From assembly GCA_014323965.1 (NCBI GenBank), contig JACONB010000017.1, positions 1-32,928 on the forward strand: DNA of 32,928 nucleotides, given 5' to 3'. This document shows positions 16,945-26,233 of the stretch, piece after piece. Source of the stretch: Prochloron sp. SP5CPC1 (lineage in GTDB: Bacteria; Cyanobacteriota; Cyanobacteriia; Cyanobacteriales; Prochloraceae). Numbering within the stretch: the stretch's first letter is position 1; each line of letters opens with the position of its first letter. Below the pieces are notes generated by a model. It was not told the origin of the DNA. It saw nothing but the letters and a program-made list of their open reading frames with translations, and ran no database searches. The position numbers were made by a program, and so were the translations under genes.

Positions 16945-17580
16945 CTACTTGTTCGGTTGTGGAGTCATGCGCAGATAGGGTTTAATTTCATTAACTCCTT
17001 TGGGGAATTTCTTCCTCGCTTCTTCAGTGGAAATGGAAGGTACCACCACACAGTCTTCTCCGTCTTTCCAGTTTACTGGAGTAGCCACTTGATGGTGATC
17101 CGTCAATTGCAAAGAATCAATTACCCGCAAAATCTCGTCAAAATTCCGCCCAGTGCTGGGAGGATAGGTAATGGTAAGACGCAGTTTTTTGTCCGGATCG
17201 ATGACAAAGACAGTCCGAACCGTCAAACTAGCGTTAGCCTTCGGGTGGATCATCCCGTAAAGATCCGAAACCTTGCGATCGCCATCTGCCAGAATGGGAT
17301 AATTGACAGTGGTATTCTGGGTTTCGTCAATATCTGCGATCCAACCTTTGTGAGACTCAGTGTCGTCAACACTCAGAGCGATAGTTTTGACGTTCCGCTT
17401 ATCGAATTCGGGTTTCAGCTTTGCCACTTCCCCCAACTCAGTGGTACAAACGGGGGTATAATCGGCGGGATGAGAGAAAAGCACTACCCAGCTATCTCCA
17501 GCCCACTTGTAGAAGGATATCTCCCCAGCGCTGGAAGCTTGAGTAAAGTCAGGTACAGTATCACCGAGTTGAAGAGCCAT
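16945..17580 (-). CDS. 1-Cys peroxiredoxin (Prx6-like)
   Basis: LGDTVPDF...WVVLFSHPADYTPVCTTELG signature of 1-Cys Prx. 211 aa. Confidence 0.9.
   Translation of the reverse strand: MALQLGDTVPDFTQASSAGEISFYKWAGDSWVVLFSHPADYTPVCTTELGEVAKLKPEFDKRNVKTIALSVDDTESHKGWIADIDETQNTTVNYPILADGDRKVSDLYGMIHPKANASLTVRTVFVIDPDKKLRLTITYPPSTGRNFDEILRVIDSLQLTDHHQVATPVNWKDGEDCVVVPSISTEEARKKFPKGVNEIKPYLRMTPQPNK
17275..17282. repeat. HIP1 octamer GCGATCGC
   Basis: Exact match. Confidence 0.95.
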
Positions 17581-17788
17581 AAAAATCTATTTCCTATCAA
17601 TCTAAAAAAGAGCCACTGTATACTCTGACACAATTCACCCCCTGGGAGTCTCAGATTTTATCTTTTTATCACAATTCGGGAAATCACGAAAAATCAACAA
17701 CAAATAACCACTTCTGAGATAAAATGAGATAATCAAAAACCAAATTTAACCTTATCGGAAGTTGTTTTGTCCCTGAGGAGGAAAATTA

Positions 17789-18214
17789 ATGAAAAAATTG
17801 TCTGCCGTGCTAGCCACCTTGGTCCTGTTCCTAGGTTGCTTAGGTATTGTAGCCCAACCAGAAGCCCAGGCAATGCCATTGACAGAGTTTATGGGGCAAT
17901 CATCCCCAGTTTTGGGAGCTGTCATCTACCGTAACAAAGCCGATGCTAAACTGGGTACTGAATTCGGTAAAAAAGTGGATCTGAATAACAGCGACGTGCG
18001 GGACTTTCGCAAATTCCGAGGCTTCTATCCTAGTTTGGCGGGTAAAATCGTTAAATACTCTCCTTTCGAGAAGGTGGAAGATGTGCTAAACATACCCGGA
18101 TTGAGTGAAAGTCAGCAAAAACAACTGCAAGCTAATTTGGACAAATTTACCGTTACCCCACCATCGGAAATGTTTAACGGAGAAGACAATCGCTACAATA
18201 TGGGTGTTTATTAA
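17789..18214 (+). CDS. psbU: photosystem II 12 kDa extrinsic protein PsbU
   Basis: Signal peptide, then KVDLNNSDVRDFRKFRGFYPSLAGKIV...FEKVEDVLNIPGLSESQ...FTVT...NRYNMGVY, a typical PsbU. Confidence 0.9.
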   Translation: MKKLSAVLATLVLFLGCLGIVAQPEAQAMPLTEFMGQSSPVLGAVIYRNKADAKLGTEFGKKVDLNNSDVRDFRKFRGFYPSLAGKIVKYSPFEKVEDVLNIPGLSESQQKQLQANLDKFTVTPPSEMFNGEDNRYNMGVY

Positions 18215-18241
18215 AAACCCTTGATCAACCTTTTCTTTTAG

Positions 18242-18270
18242 GGGCACGGCATTGCTGTGCCCGTTATTAT
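18242..18270 (+). terminator. candidate terminator of psbU (GGGCACGGC-ATT-GCTGTGCCC hairpin plus T-rich tail)
   Basis: 9-bp stem (one G-U pair) with a 3-nt loop, followed by GTTATTATT. Confidence 0.45.
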
Positions 18271-18934
18271 TACTATCATTGATTCAGGAAAAAAGCCAAC
18301 TTGTCTAAATCATCCCTGCCCTCTGAATTTGACGTCCTAGTAGTGGGTGCAGGTGCTGCTGGACTATACGCCTCACTGTGTCTACCAGAGCATTTGCGAG
18401 TTTGCTTAATTACCAAAGACACTTTAAAGGTGGGAGCAAGTGATTGGGCCCAAGGAGGTATTGCAGCAGCTATGGACCTCGCCCCAACTGCATCAGGAAG
18501 ATACAATCAGAGCAGGAGCTGGTCTTTGCGAACCAGAAGCTGTGAAATTTTTGGTGGAAAATGCTCCGGCTGCGATCCAGTCTCTCCTAGAGATGGGAGT
18601 GGAATTCGATAGTCATACCGGAAAGTTAGCAATGACTTTAGAAGCAGCTCACTCTCGACCCAGGGTTTTGCATGCAGCGGATACCACAGGTCGAGCTATC
18701 ATCAGCGTTCTCACAGCCAAAGTTTTAGAGCGTCCGAATATCCAAGTACTTTCTCAAGCATTTGCTTTAAATTTGTGGCTCAATCGGTCAACAGGACATT
18801 GTCAAGGTATTAGCCTGCTCTACCAAGGTAAAATAAGCTGGATCGCTGCGAGGGCTGTAATTTTGGCAACTGGGGGCGGCGGTCAAGTATTTGCTCAAAC
18901 CACCAACCCCACGGTAAGTACAGGGGATGGAGTG

Positions 18935-18942
18935 GCGATCGC
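18935..18942. repeat. HIP1 octamer GCGATCGC
   Basis: Exact match. Confidence 0.95.
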
Positions 18943-19642
18943 CTTCCGTGGTGGGGCCCTCCTGCGGGATTTGGAATTTGTGCAATTTCATCCCACTGCT
19001 TTAAGCAAACCCGGGGCACCGCGCTTTCTCATCAGCGAAGCGGTGCGGGGGGAAGGAGCACATCTCGTAGACGAAAAAGGACATCGCTTTGCTTTTGACT
19101 ATCACCCAGCGGGGGAATTAGCACCTCGGGATGTAGTCAGTAGAGCAATCTTCAACCACTTGCAAAAAACCGCGAACACTTGCGTTTATCTGGACTTGCG
19201 ACCTATTCCAGCCCAACGAATTTCCTATCGCTTTCCCAATATTATCCAGGTTTGTCAACAATGGGGTATCAATGTTTTCCAGGAGCGGATTCCTGTTACT
19301 CCTGCTGCTCATTATTGGATGGGAGGTATTCTCACCGATACAGCTAATCGTACCTCCATTCCAGGCTTATATGCTATTGGAGAAACTGCTAGTACGGGAG
19401 TTCACGGTGCTAATCGCTTGGCTAGTAATTCTTTGTTAGAATGTTTGGTCTATGCTGCTCAATTTTCTCAAATTGAACTCCTAGAATATCCCCACCTGAC
19501 GGCACCGCCCAGAGAGCGGAAAGAGCAGGAAACAGCTAATTTGGACCATGAAATAGAACAGATTCTAGCCCTGCGGCAACAACTACCCACTCTCATGTGG
19601 CAAAGTGCAGGAATTTGTCGGCACCAAGGGGTTTTGGAGCAG

Positions 19643-19650
19643 GCGATCGC
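19643..19650. repeat. HIP1 octamer GCGATCGC
   Basis: Exact match. Confidence 0.95.
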
Positions 19651-19929
19651 CCAAGTCTCTTCCTGGCGCTCTCAATTGGCTGAGTTTACTGTCACTCACT
19701 ACTTAAATAAATTAGTAAAGTTTACATATATTAACTATAGTCACGAAGAATTGCGAATTTGTGCCGAGACCCTCAATCTTGTTGACGTGGCCTATTTAAT
19801 CCTCAGAAGTGCTGCTTTTCGGACTGAAAGTCGTGGTGGTCATTATCGTACCGACTATCCTAAAACTGACCCTCATTGGCAATGCCATACTGTAGTTAAT
19901 AATAATAACTTACATATGGCATGGGCCCT

Positions 19930-20892
19930 CTAATGCAAAATATATTTGAAATTCATCTCTCCCTGATAGCCAGACAATGTTGCCAACTCTTTTAAGGTTT
20001 GAAGACCAGGATATTGCTGTCCTTGGATCTCCCAAGTGGGGTAAGATTTAATCCCTACTTGGTTACACAGCTGAGGCTGGGCTGCCTTACCTTGGGGAGC
20101 GCATTCGATATAATTAATTTCTTGGAGGGCTTTTTTACCGAAGAGCTGTTTTTGCTCGTAACAGTGAGGACACCAGTAAGCGCCGTACATTTTCGCTCCC
20201 ACAGAGGTAAGATGTTTCGCTAAAGCTATTTCTGCTGCTCCTGATTTCGTTGTAATATCCCAACCATAGGGTGCTTCAGGCTGAGTTTTTGCTTTGGGTA
20301 TGACAGTTATATCTGCGATGGGTTGCCATTGAGTAGCATTTATTGCTAAAGTACCCACTAGAGTAACCATGGCTACGATAATCCCAGTAAAGAAAATTTG
20401 ACCTATGTCTTCCCAGTCATTACCGAAAATAGTTAGCATCAAGAGACTGAGGCAAAATATAGCAGAACCTATGCAGTAATAACAGACGATGTTCAGCTCA
20501 GAAAACAAAATGTACATGAGATAACCGCTGAAAACTGCCATAGAGGTAGCCCCAATCAACAGTAGTAACCAAGTGGAGTTTTCTAGTTGGGTTCTGAATC
20601 TTTTGTTATTCTCAGATTTAACAAGTAAAGGAGCGAGGGAAACAGTAGCCATACCAGTATATGCTAGAGAGCCAAACAGGCTGAGGGGCAAACCGAAAAC
20701 AGAAGCATAACGACTGTCTAAAACACTGTTACAACCAGCAGTAGCCACCGCGTCGGCGCTACAAACTACCTGTCCCCCAGTCAATTTTGTCCAAGTTAGA
20801 TAGGCGGTGAGCAAGGCACCTACAATAGCGATCGCCCCTATTAAAGGGCGAGACCAACGATAAATCCAGGGTTGAGAACGTCTGCGTATCAT
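19930..20892 (-). CDS. vitamin K epoxide reductase (VKOR) homologue fused to a thioredoxin-like domain
   Basis: Multi-pass membrane N-terminus with C...C, SVLDSRYASVFGLPLSLFG and CYYC. C-terminal YGAYWCPHCYEQKQLFG thioredoxin-like CxxC. Its stop overlaps the nadB stop. Confidence 0.85.
   Translation of the reverse strand: MIRRRSQPWIYRWSRPLIGAIAIVGALLTAYLTWTKLTGGQVVCSADAVATAGCNSVLDSRYASVFGLPLSLFGSLAYTGMATVSLAPLLVKSENNKRFRTQLENSTWLLLLIGATSMAVFSGYLMYILFSELNIVCYYCIGSAIFCLSLLMLTIFGNDWEDIGQIFFTGIIVAMVTLVGTLAINATQWQPIADITVIPKAKTQPEAPYGWDITTKSGAAEIALAKHLTSVGAKMYGAYWCPHCYEQKQLFGKKALQEINYIECAPQGKAAQPQLCNQVGIKSYPTWEIQGQQYPGLQTLKELATLSGYQGEMNFKYILH
20828..20835. repeat. HIP1 octamer GCGATCGC
   Basis: Exact match. 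Confidence 0.95.
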
Positions 20893-20903
20893 AATTGTCT
20901 ATT

Positions 20904-21716
20904 TTAATTACTTATAGCAGGGGAAGTATTAGCTGCTTCCACCAATTGGGAGACTCGCAGGGGATCAATTGGTTCTGTTAAGTCCCCTCCCCGTTTGAGA
21001 GAACTAGCAACAATGGCTCCATCTGCTGTTTCCATGAGCTGACCGATATTTTCCCAGTCCGCGCCGCTGCCTATAAACACCGGAGTCTCCCCAGCTGCGG
21101 CTGTGGCTAATTCTAAATCTTCTCTGGTGGGAGGGCTGCCTGTTGCCAAACCAGATATAATTACCCCATCTGCTAAACCCCTTCCGATGGTATCTTGGAC
21201 TGCTATAGTTAGGCTTTGGTTGGCTAGAGGGCGGGCGTGTTTCACCAGTACATCTGCTAAAATTGCCACATCGCTACCCAGTTCCCGGCGATAGCGCAGC
21301 AATTGATTGGCTCTGCCTTCAATCAAACCCTGATCTGTAGCCATTACCCCGGTGAGGACATTAACCCTAATGAACGCAGCCCCAACGCAGTCTGCGATCG
21401 CCATGGCACTGCAACCATCATTGCGCAACACATTGATTCCGATGGGCACAGTTACTAGATTAAAGATGCGATCCACAATTAAAGTCATGGCGCTCACTAC
21501 TGCTGGATCTACTCTCTCTTTTGTAAAAGGAGCGTCAAAAAAATTTTCTACTATAATCCCATTTACACCCCCTGCTGCCAAGGCAGTTGCTTCTTGTTCT
21601 GCCCTCTCGATTACTGCTTTTAAGTTTCCTCCCCAACGGGCTGATGCGGGTAAGGGTAAAAGATGAACGACGCCGATTATGGGCTTGGTTGTGTTAAAAA
21701 TTCTCTCTATGTCCAC
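20904..21716 (-). CDS. btpA: BtpA/SgcQ family protein (photosystem I biogenesis BtpA)
   Basis: KPIIGVVHLLPLP...GGVNGIIVENFFDAPF...GINVLRND...FIRVNVLTG pattern of the BtpA family. Confidence 0.8.
   Translation of the reverse strand: MDIERIFNTTKPIIGVVHLLPLPASARWGGNLKAVIERAEQEATALAAGGVNGIIVENFFDAPFTKERVDPAVVSAMTLIVDRIFNLVTVPIGINVLRNDGCSAMAIADCVGAAFIRVNVLTGVMATDQGLIEGRANQLLRYRRELGSDVAILADVLVKHARPLANQSLTIAVQDTIGRGLADGVIISGLATGSPPTREDLELATAAAGETPVFIGSGADWENIGQLMETADGAIVASSLKRGGDLTEPIDPLRVSQLVEAANTSPAISN
21394..21401. repeat. HIP1 octamer GCGATCGC
   Basis: Exact match. Confidence 0.95.
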
Positions 21717-21732
21717 TTAGTCTACTCAATAC

Positions 21733-21762
21733 CTTGACAGTAACCACTTATCAGGGTTATAA
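21733..21762 (+). promoter_or_regulatory. candidate sigma70-type promoter for rimO-crhR (TTGACA-18-TATAAG)
   Basis: TTGACA at 21733-21738 and TATAAG at 21757-21762. A second isolated TATAAT lies at 21832-21837. Confidence 0.35.
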
Positions 21763-21941
21763 GATTTCCATTTTACTTTATTGCGCCTCACTTGTCATTG
21801 GTTTGGAGATCTGTTACATTTTTGGCACAATTATAATAAAATTATAGGGCGGGGAGATTGAACCTCTGGCTACGTTGGAGCAATCCTGCTTAAGTTTTGC
21901 CCGCCTTGGTGTCCAGTGTCAACTTCATCAGGGAATTATTT

Positions 21942-23261
21942 ATGACAGGGAAGCCAACAATTGCTATTTCTCACTTAGGGTGCGAAAAAAATCGCATTGA
22001 TTCAGAACACATGCTGGGTTTGCTGGCGAACGCAGGCTATCCTGTGGATGGGAATGAAGAATTAGCAGATTATGTCATAGTTAATACCTGTAGTTTTATT
22101 CAAGCTGCCCGAGAAGAGTCGGTGCGGCGAATGGTAGAATTGGCAGAAGCCAACAAGAAAATCGTTATTGCTGGGTGTATGGCGCAGCACTTCCAAGAAC
22201 AACTGCTGGAAGAGTTACCGGAAGCGGTAGCTCTGGTGGGAACGGGAGATTACCAAAACATTGTCCAAACCATCCAACGAGTGGAAGCTGGAGAAAGGGT
22301 TAAAGAGATTTCTGCCCTACCTACTTATATTGCTGACGAATCCACCCCCCGCTATCGCACCACTAACGAAGCAGTAGCTTACTTGAGGGTAGCTGAGGGG
22401 TGCGATTATGGCTGCTCTTTTTGCATTATTCCTAAGCTGAGAGGGAAACAGCGCTCCCGCCCTATTGAGTCCATTGTAGCAGAAGCAGAGCAGCTGGCAG
22501 CTCAGGGAGTGGAAGAAATAATTCTCATCTCCCAGATTACTACCAATTACGGTTTGGATTTGTACGGGGAGCCAAAATTAGCAGAATTACTGCTCCAGTT
22601 GGGTAAAGTGGATGTGCCTTGGATTCGCATTCACTACGCTTATCCTACTGGATTGACTGACAAAGTTCTAACTGCTATTAGGGAAACTCCTAACATCATT
22701 CCCTATCTGGATTTACCTCTCCAGCACTCTCACCCGGAAATTCTCAGGAGCATGAATCGTCCGGCGTCGGCGCGGGTTAATGATCAGATTATTGAAAAAA
22801 TCAAACAAATATTGCCAGGCGCCATTTTGCGCACCACATTTATTGTGGGTTTTCCAGGAGAAACAAACCAACATTTCCAACATCTGTTACAATTTGTAAA
22901 GAGGCACGAATTTGATCATGTAGGAGTCTTTACCTTCTCCTCGGAGGATGAGACAGCTGCATCTAGTCTGCCGAATCCAGTTCCCCAAACTATCATGGAT
23001 CAACGTCGAGATACCTTGATGGCAGTCCAACAACCAATCGCAGCTCGGAAAAACCAAGCTATGGTGGGAAAAACCGTAAGTGTGCTAATCGAGCAGGGAA
23101 ATCCTCAAACAGGGGAGGCCATCGGTCGTAGCCATCGCTTTGCCCCTGAGGTAGATGGGTTGATTTATGTTAAAGGTGGTGCGGAATATTTGGCTTCAAT
23201 CGTGTCAGTGAAAATTACGGCTGCTGACGTTTATGATTTAAAAGGTGAAGTAGTGACGTAA
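21942..23261 (+). CDS. rimO: ribosomal protein S12 methylthiotransferase RimO
   Basis: MTTase N-domain (ISHLGCEKN...NTCSF...GCMAQ), radical-SAM CDYGCSFC and a C-terminal TRAM domain. It sits upstream of crhR, as in the Synechocystis rimO-crhR operon. ATG at 21942. Confidence 0.9.
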   Translation: MTGKPTIAISHLGCEKNRIDSEHMLGLLANAGYPVDGNEELADYVIVNTCSFIQAAREESVRRMVELAEANKKIVIAGCMAQHFQEQLLEELPEAVALVGTGDYQNIVQTIQRVEAGERVKEISALPTYIADESTPRYRTTNEAVAYLRVAEGCDYGCSFCIIPKLRGKQRSRPIESIVAEAEQLAAQGVEEIILISQITTNYGLDLYGEPKLAELLLQLGKVDVPWIRIHYAYPTGLTDKVLTAIRETPNIIPYLDLPLQHSHPEILRSMNRPASARVNDQIIEKIKQILPGAILRTTFIVGFPGETNQHFQHLLQFVKRHEFDHVGVFTFSSEDETAASSLPNPVPQTIMDQRRDTLMAVQQPIAARKNQAMVGKTVSVLIEQGNPQTGEAIGRSHRFAPEVDGLIYVKGGAEYLASIVSVKITAADVYDLKGEVVT

Positions 23262-23314
23262 TATTAAGTCTAACAACTGAAGCAAAGACAAAGTAAAGGA
23301 AGAAAAAATAACTA

Positions 23315-24592
23315 ATGACAATTTCCTTCGACAGCTTAGGACTATCCGAAGAGCGGGTTGCACAACTAGAATCTTTAGGTTTTGAGACTCCCACTTCTAT
23401 TCAAGCCCAGGCAATTCCCCATATTTTAGAGGGGCGAGATATAGTAGGTCAATCCCAAACGGGAACTGGGAAAACAGCAGCCTATTCTTTACCCATCTTA
23501 GAACAGATAGATATCGAGAATCGTGGGGTACAAGCACTGATTCTGACCCCAACTCGGGAGTTAGCGCAACAAGTAACCCCAGGACGAATTATTGATCTGT
23601 TGGACAGGGGTCAGTTAAATTTAGAGCAGTTGCGTTGGGCAGTGTTGGATGAAGCCGATGAAATGTTGAGCATGGGCTTTATCGACGATGTGAAGACAAT
23701 TCTCTCCCAAACCCCTAGCGATCGCCAAACCTCTTGTTTCTCCGCGACTATGCCCTGGGCGATTCGGGAGTTGGTAGACCAATTTTTATCTGATCCGGTT
23801 ACGGTGACGGTAGCTAAACAAAAAGCAGCTCCTGCCAAAATAGATCAGCATGTCTATATGGTGCCTCGGGGCTGGTCCAAGCTGAAAGTGCTCCAACCGA
23901 TTTTAGAAGGAGAAAATCTGGAATCGGCGCTTATTTTTGTCCGCACTAAGCAAACCGCTGCTGAATTAACTTCTAAGTTACAGGAAGGGGGTCAAAGTGC
24001 AGATGAGTATCACGGTAACCTTTCCCAAATACAACGGGAACGACTGGTACACCGCTTTCGGGAAGGGAAAATTCGGTTGGTAGTAGCTACGGATATTGCC
24101 GCACGGGGTCTGGATGTGCAAAACTTGAGCCACGTGATTAACTTCGACCTGCCAGATAATGCGGAAACTTACATCCACCGCATCGGTCGCACAGGTCGCG
24201 CTGGGAAGACGGGAAAGGCAATCTCTTTGATTCAACCTATGGATCGCCGCATGCTGCGGCAAATTGAGCGGCGGGTACGGCAAAGTCTCAAGGTCTGTAA
24301 AATTCCTAGTCGCGCCGAAGTGGAAGCCAAACGACTGGCTAAATTGCAAGCACAAATTCAGGAAACTTTGACGGGAGAAAGGATGGCATCATTCCTTCCC
24401 TTGGTAAATAAGTTAGGTGATGAATATGATGCTCATGCCATTGCAGCTGCTGCCTTACAAATGGTTTATGACCAAAATTGCCCCAGCTGGATGAAAACTG
24501 ATTGGGAAGTTCCCGGCTCCACAGTACCTAAACCAATTAAGCGTAAGTTTAATCGGTCCCCAGGGAAGCCAGTGGTACATCAGTTGCGCTAA
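23315..24592 (+). CDS. crhR: DEAD-box RNA helicase CrhR-like, with an in-frame internal deletion in RecA domain 1
   Basis: Q motif, GQSQTGTGKT, PTRELA, TPGR, DEAD, SAT, ARGLD and HRIGRTGRAG are all present. PTRELAQQV, however, runs directly into TPGRIIDL (junction 23575/23576). Confidence 0.85.
   Translation: MTISFDSLGLSEERVAQLESLGFETPTSIQAQAIPHILEGRDIVGQSQTGTGKTAAYSLPILEQIDIENRGVQALILTPTRELAQQVTPGRIIDLLDRGQLNLEQLRWAVLDEADEMLSMGFIDDVKTILSQTPSDRQTSCFSATMPWAIRELVDQFLSDPVTVTVAKQKAAPAKIDQHVYMVPRGWSKLKVLQPILEGENLESALIFVRTKQTAAELTSKLQEGGQSADEYHGNLSQIQRERLVHRFREGKIRLVVATDIAARGLDVQNLSHVINFDLPDNAETYIHRIGRTGRAGKTGKAISLIQPMDRRMLRQIERRVRQSLKVCKIPSRAEVEAKRLAKLQAQIQETLTGERMASFLPLVNKLGDEYDAHAIAAAALQMVYDQNCPSWMKTDWEVPGSTVPKPIKRKFNRSPGKPVVHQLR
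23718..23725. repeat. HIP1 octamer GCGATCGC
   Basis: Exact match. Confidence 0.95.
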
Positions 24593-24606
24593 ATCACGTA
24601 CCATGA

Positions 24607-24656
24607 AAATTACCAGTGTTAAGTAATAAATCATGCAACATTATCACTGGTAATTT
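24607..24656 (+). terminator. 12-bp perfect inverted repeat AAATTACCAGTG-N26-CACTGGTAATTT downstream of crhR
   Basis: Arms at 24607-24618 and 24645-24656, read directly. It could be a terminator or a processing/regulatory hairpin. Confidence 0.4.
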
Positions 24657-24692
24657 AATTATCATAAATCATCCCCTGACGGATAAATCAAA

Positions 24693-25781
24693 GTGGTTCT
24701 GAGTCTTTCTACCCCAAATTTAACCCATAACTGGCCTGGTTTAATCGAGGCTTATCGCTCTTTTCTCCCCGTGAGTAGTTCTACCCCAGTGGTGACTCTG
24801 CTGGAAGGGAATACTCCTCTCATACCTGTTCCGGTTATCGCCAGTAAGGTGGGTCGGGGGGTTAAGGTGTACGTTAAATTCGACGGGCTGAACCCCACCG
24901 GCAGTTTTAAGGACAGGGGTATGACTCTGGCGATTTCTAAGGCGAAGGAAGAGGGGGCTGAGGCGGTAATTTGTGCTAGTACGGGGAATACTTCAGCTTC
25001 GGCAGCAGCTTACGCCAGCCGTGCAGGAATGCAGGCTTTTGTTATTATTCCCAAAGGCTATGTAGCTCTAGGTAAATTAGCTCAGGCTTTGCTTTATGGA
25101 GCACAGGTGATTGCTATTCAGGGTAACTTTGACACTGCTTTACAAATTGTCCGGGATATATCTGCTAATTATCCAGTCACTTTGGTCAATTCCGTTAATC
25201 CCTATCGTTTAGAAGGGCAAAAAACTGGGGCTTTTGAGATTGTGGATAGTTTGGAGGATACACCGGATTGGTTGTGCATTCCTGTGGGCAATGCGGGGAA
25301 TATTTCTGCCTATTGGATGGGATTTTGTCAATACCGAGAGGCAGGGAAGTGCCGTCGCCTCCCCAAAATGATGGGTTTTCAAGCTGCTGGGGCGGCTCCT
25401 TTAGTACAGGGAAAACCTGTTGCTGCACCAGAAACTATTGCTACGGCAATCCGCATTGGGAACCCGGCGAGTTGGGATAAGGCGATCGCAGCAGCTAATG
25501 CTAGTAAAGGGGAATTTAATTCGGTTACGGACGAAGATATTTTAGCAGCTTATCGCTTATTGGCCTCCCAAGAAGGGATTTTCTGCGAACCTGCTAGTGC
25601 TATTTCTGTTGCAGGTTTGTTACAGCTGAAGGAGAGGGTTCCCTCTGGTGCTACGGTGGTGTGTGTGGTTACTGGGAATGGACTGAAAGACCCTGATTGT
25701 GCTATTAAACATAGTAATAATGGGGTGACCTCCTCTGTTGCGCCTGATTTGGATGCTGTGGCTAAGGTTATGGGATTTTGA
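24693..25781 (+). CDS. thrC: threonine synthase
   Basis: [14 protein letters not shown]...[23 protein letters not shown] (PLP lysine) and [17 protein letters not shown] start. Confidence 0.9.
   Translation: MVLSLSTPNLTHNWPGLIEAYRSFLPVSSSTPVVTLLEGNTPLIPVPVIASKVGRGVKVYVKFDGLNPTGSFKDRGMTLAISKAKEEGAEAVICASTGNTSASAAAYASRAGMQAFVIIPKGYVALGKLAQALLYGAQVIAIQGNFDTALQIVRDISANYPVTLVNSVNPYRLEGQKTGAFEIVDSLEDTPDWLCIPVGNAGNISAYWMGFCQYREAGKCRRLPKMMGFQAAGAAPLVQGKPVAAPETIATAIRIGNPASWDKAIAAANASKGEFNSVTDEDILAAYRLLASQEGIFCEPASAISVAGLLQLKERVPSGATVVCVVTGNGLKDPDCAIKHSNNGVTSSVAPDLDAVAKVMGF
25482..25489. repeat. HIP1 octamer GCGATCGC
   Basis: Exact match. Confidence 0.95.
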
Positions 25782-25808
25782 TTGTGTTTCACGCAGAGGC
25801 GCTCGAAC
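25775..25808 (+). repeat. leader-type repeat fragment (TTTTGATTGTGTTTCACGCAGAGGCG) overlapping the thrC stop
   Basis: Matches the TTTTGATTGTGTTTCGCCCAGAGGCG core of the cassettes at 15619-15698 and 26234-26307. The thrC TGA lies inside the TTTTGATTG part. Confidence 0.6.
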
Positions 25809-25834
25809 GCCGGGGAGGTTTTCATCAAAGATCT

Positions 25835-25857
25835 GGGGTTTGAAACCCCGTTCTTTA
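25835..25857 (+). terminator. candidate thrC terminator (GGGGTTTGAAACCCC then GTTCTTT)
   Basis: Palindrome read directly, followed by a T-rich tail. Confidence 0.4.
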
Positions 25858-25919
25858 GGACGATTTTTGCGGTATAGCGACTCTTTTAAAAGATGAGCAG
25901 AAATACCTACTGAGAAGGA

Positions 25920-25948
25920 TTTACGATTTAAGTCTTCTTTGCTACAAT
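25920..25948 (+). promoter_or_regulatory. candidate promoter TTTACG-17-TACAAT in the ORF-free region
   Basis: Hexamers at 25920-25925 and 25943-25948 with a 17-nt spacer. Confidence 0.3.
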
Positions 25949-26074
25949 AGAAGTGTGGTAAAAACCAAACCACATCTTTTACAAATTCAATTAAGGCGGC
26001 AGGGCTTGCCGTGTCAGTCTGTGGAGCGAGCGTCAGACCCGATAGACTTTGCTCTAAAGGGCAGTTGCGAAATA

Positions 26075-26107
26075 CCCCCGCCCGCCATCGATGATGCCGG
26101 GCGGGGG
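26075..26107. repeat. GC hairpin CCCCCGCCCG-N13-CGGGCGGGGG
   Basis: 10-bp perfect stem, read directly. Its arm composition resembles the CCCCCGCC...CCGGGGG hairpins inside the intron. Confidence 0.7.
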
Positions 26108-26120
26108 ACAGAAGCAGAAA

Positions 26121-26170
26121 CCCACCCACCCCTACCCCCTCCCAGGAGGGGGACCAAGGGGGTGGGTTGG
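26121..26170. repeat. long imperfect palindrome CCCACCCACCCCTACCCCCTCC-CA-GGAGGGGGACCAAGGGGGTGGGTTGGG
   Basis: Read directly. The central CCCCCTCC/GGAGGGGG is perfect and the outer arms carry bulges. Confidence 0.6.
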
Positions 26171-26233
26171 GAATCTCGCCCCTTTAGCGTAAGCGGAGGG
26201 GGGAGAGGATGTCAATTTATGATACTATTGTGG

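Larger units (their letters stand above)
18301..19933 (+). pseudogene. nadB: L-aspartate oxidase, reading frame broken near 18475-18478
   Basis: ORF 18301..18612 gives FDVLVVGAGAAGLY...SDWAQGGIAAAMD. ORF 18440..19933 continues in another frame with TSPQLHQEDTIRAGAGLC...HPTAL...RGEGA...GGI..D...GETASTGVHGANRLASNSLLE. Confidence 0.8.

Noticed and set aside
16957-17628. 223-aa plus-strand ORF.
   Set aside because: It is entirely antisense to the strongly supported 1-Cys peroxiredoxin gene and has no recognisable motifs.
18440-18612. Programmed ribosomal frameshift in nadB.
   Set aside because: There is no slippery heptamer or downstream structure at the junction. The geometry fits a small deletion instead.
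19930-19933. 4-nt overlap of the convergent nadB and VKOR stop codons (CTAA).
   Set aside because: This is a trivial compact gene arrangement with no further signal.
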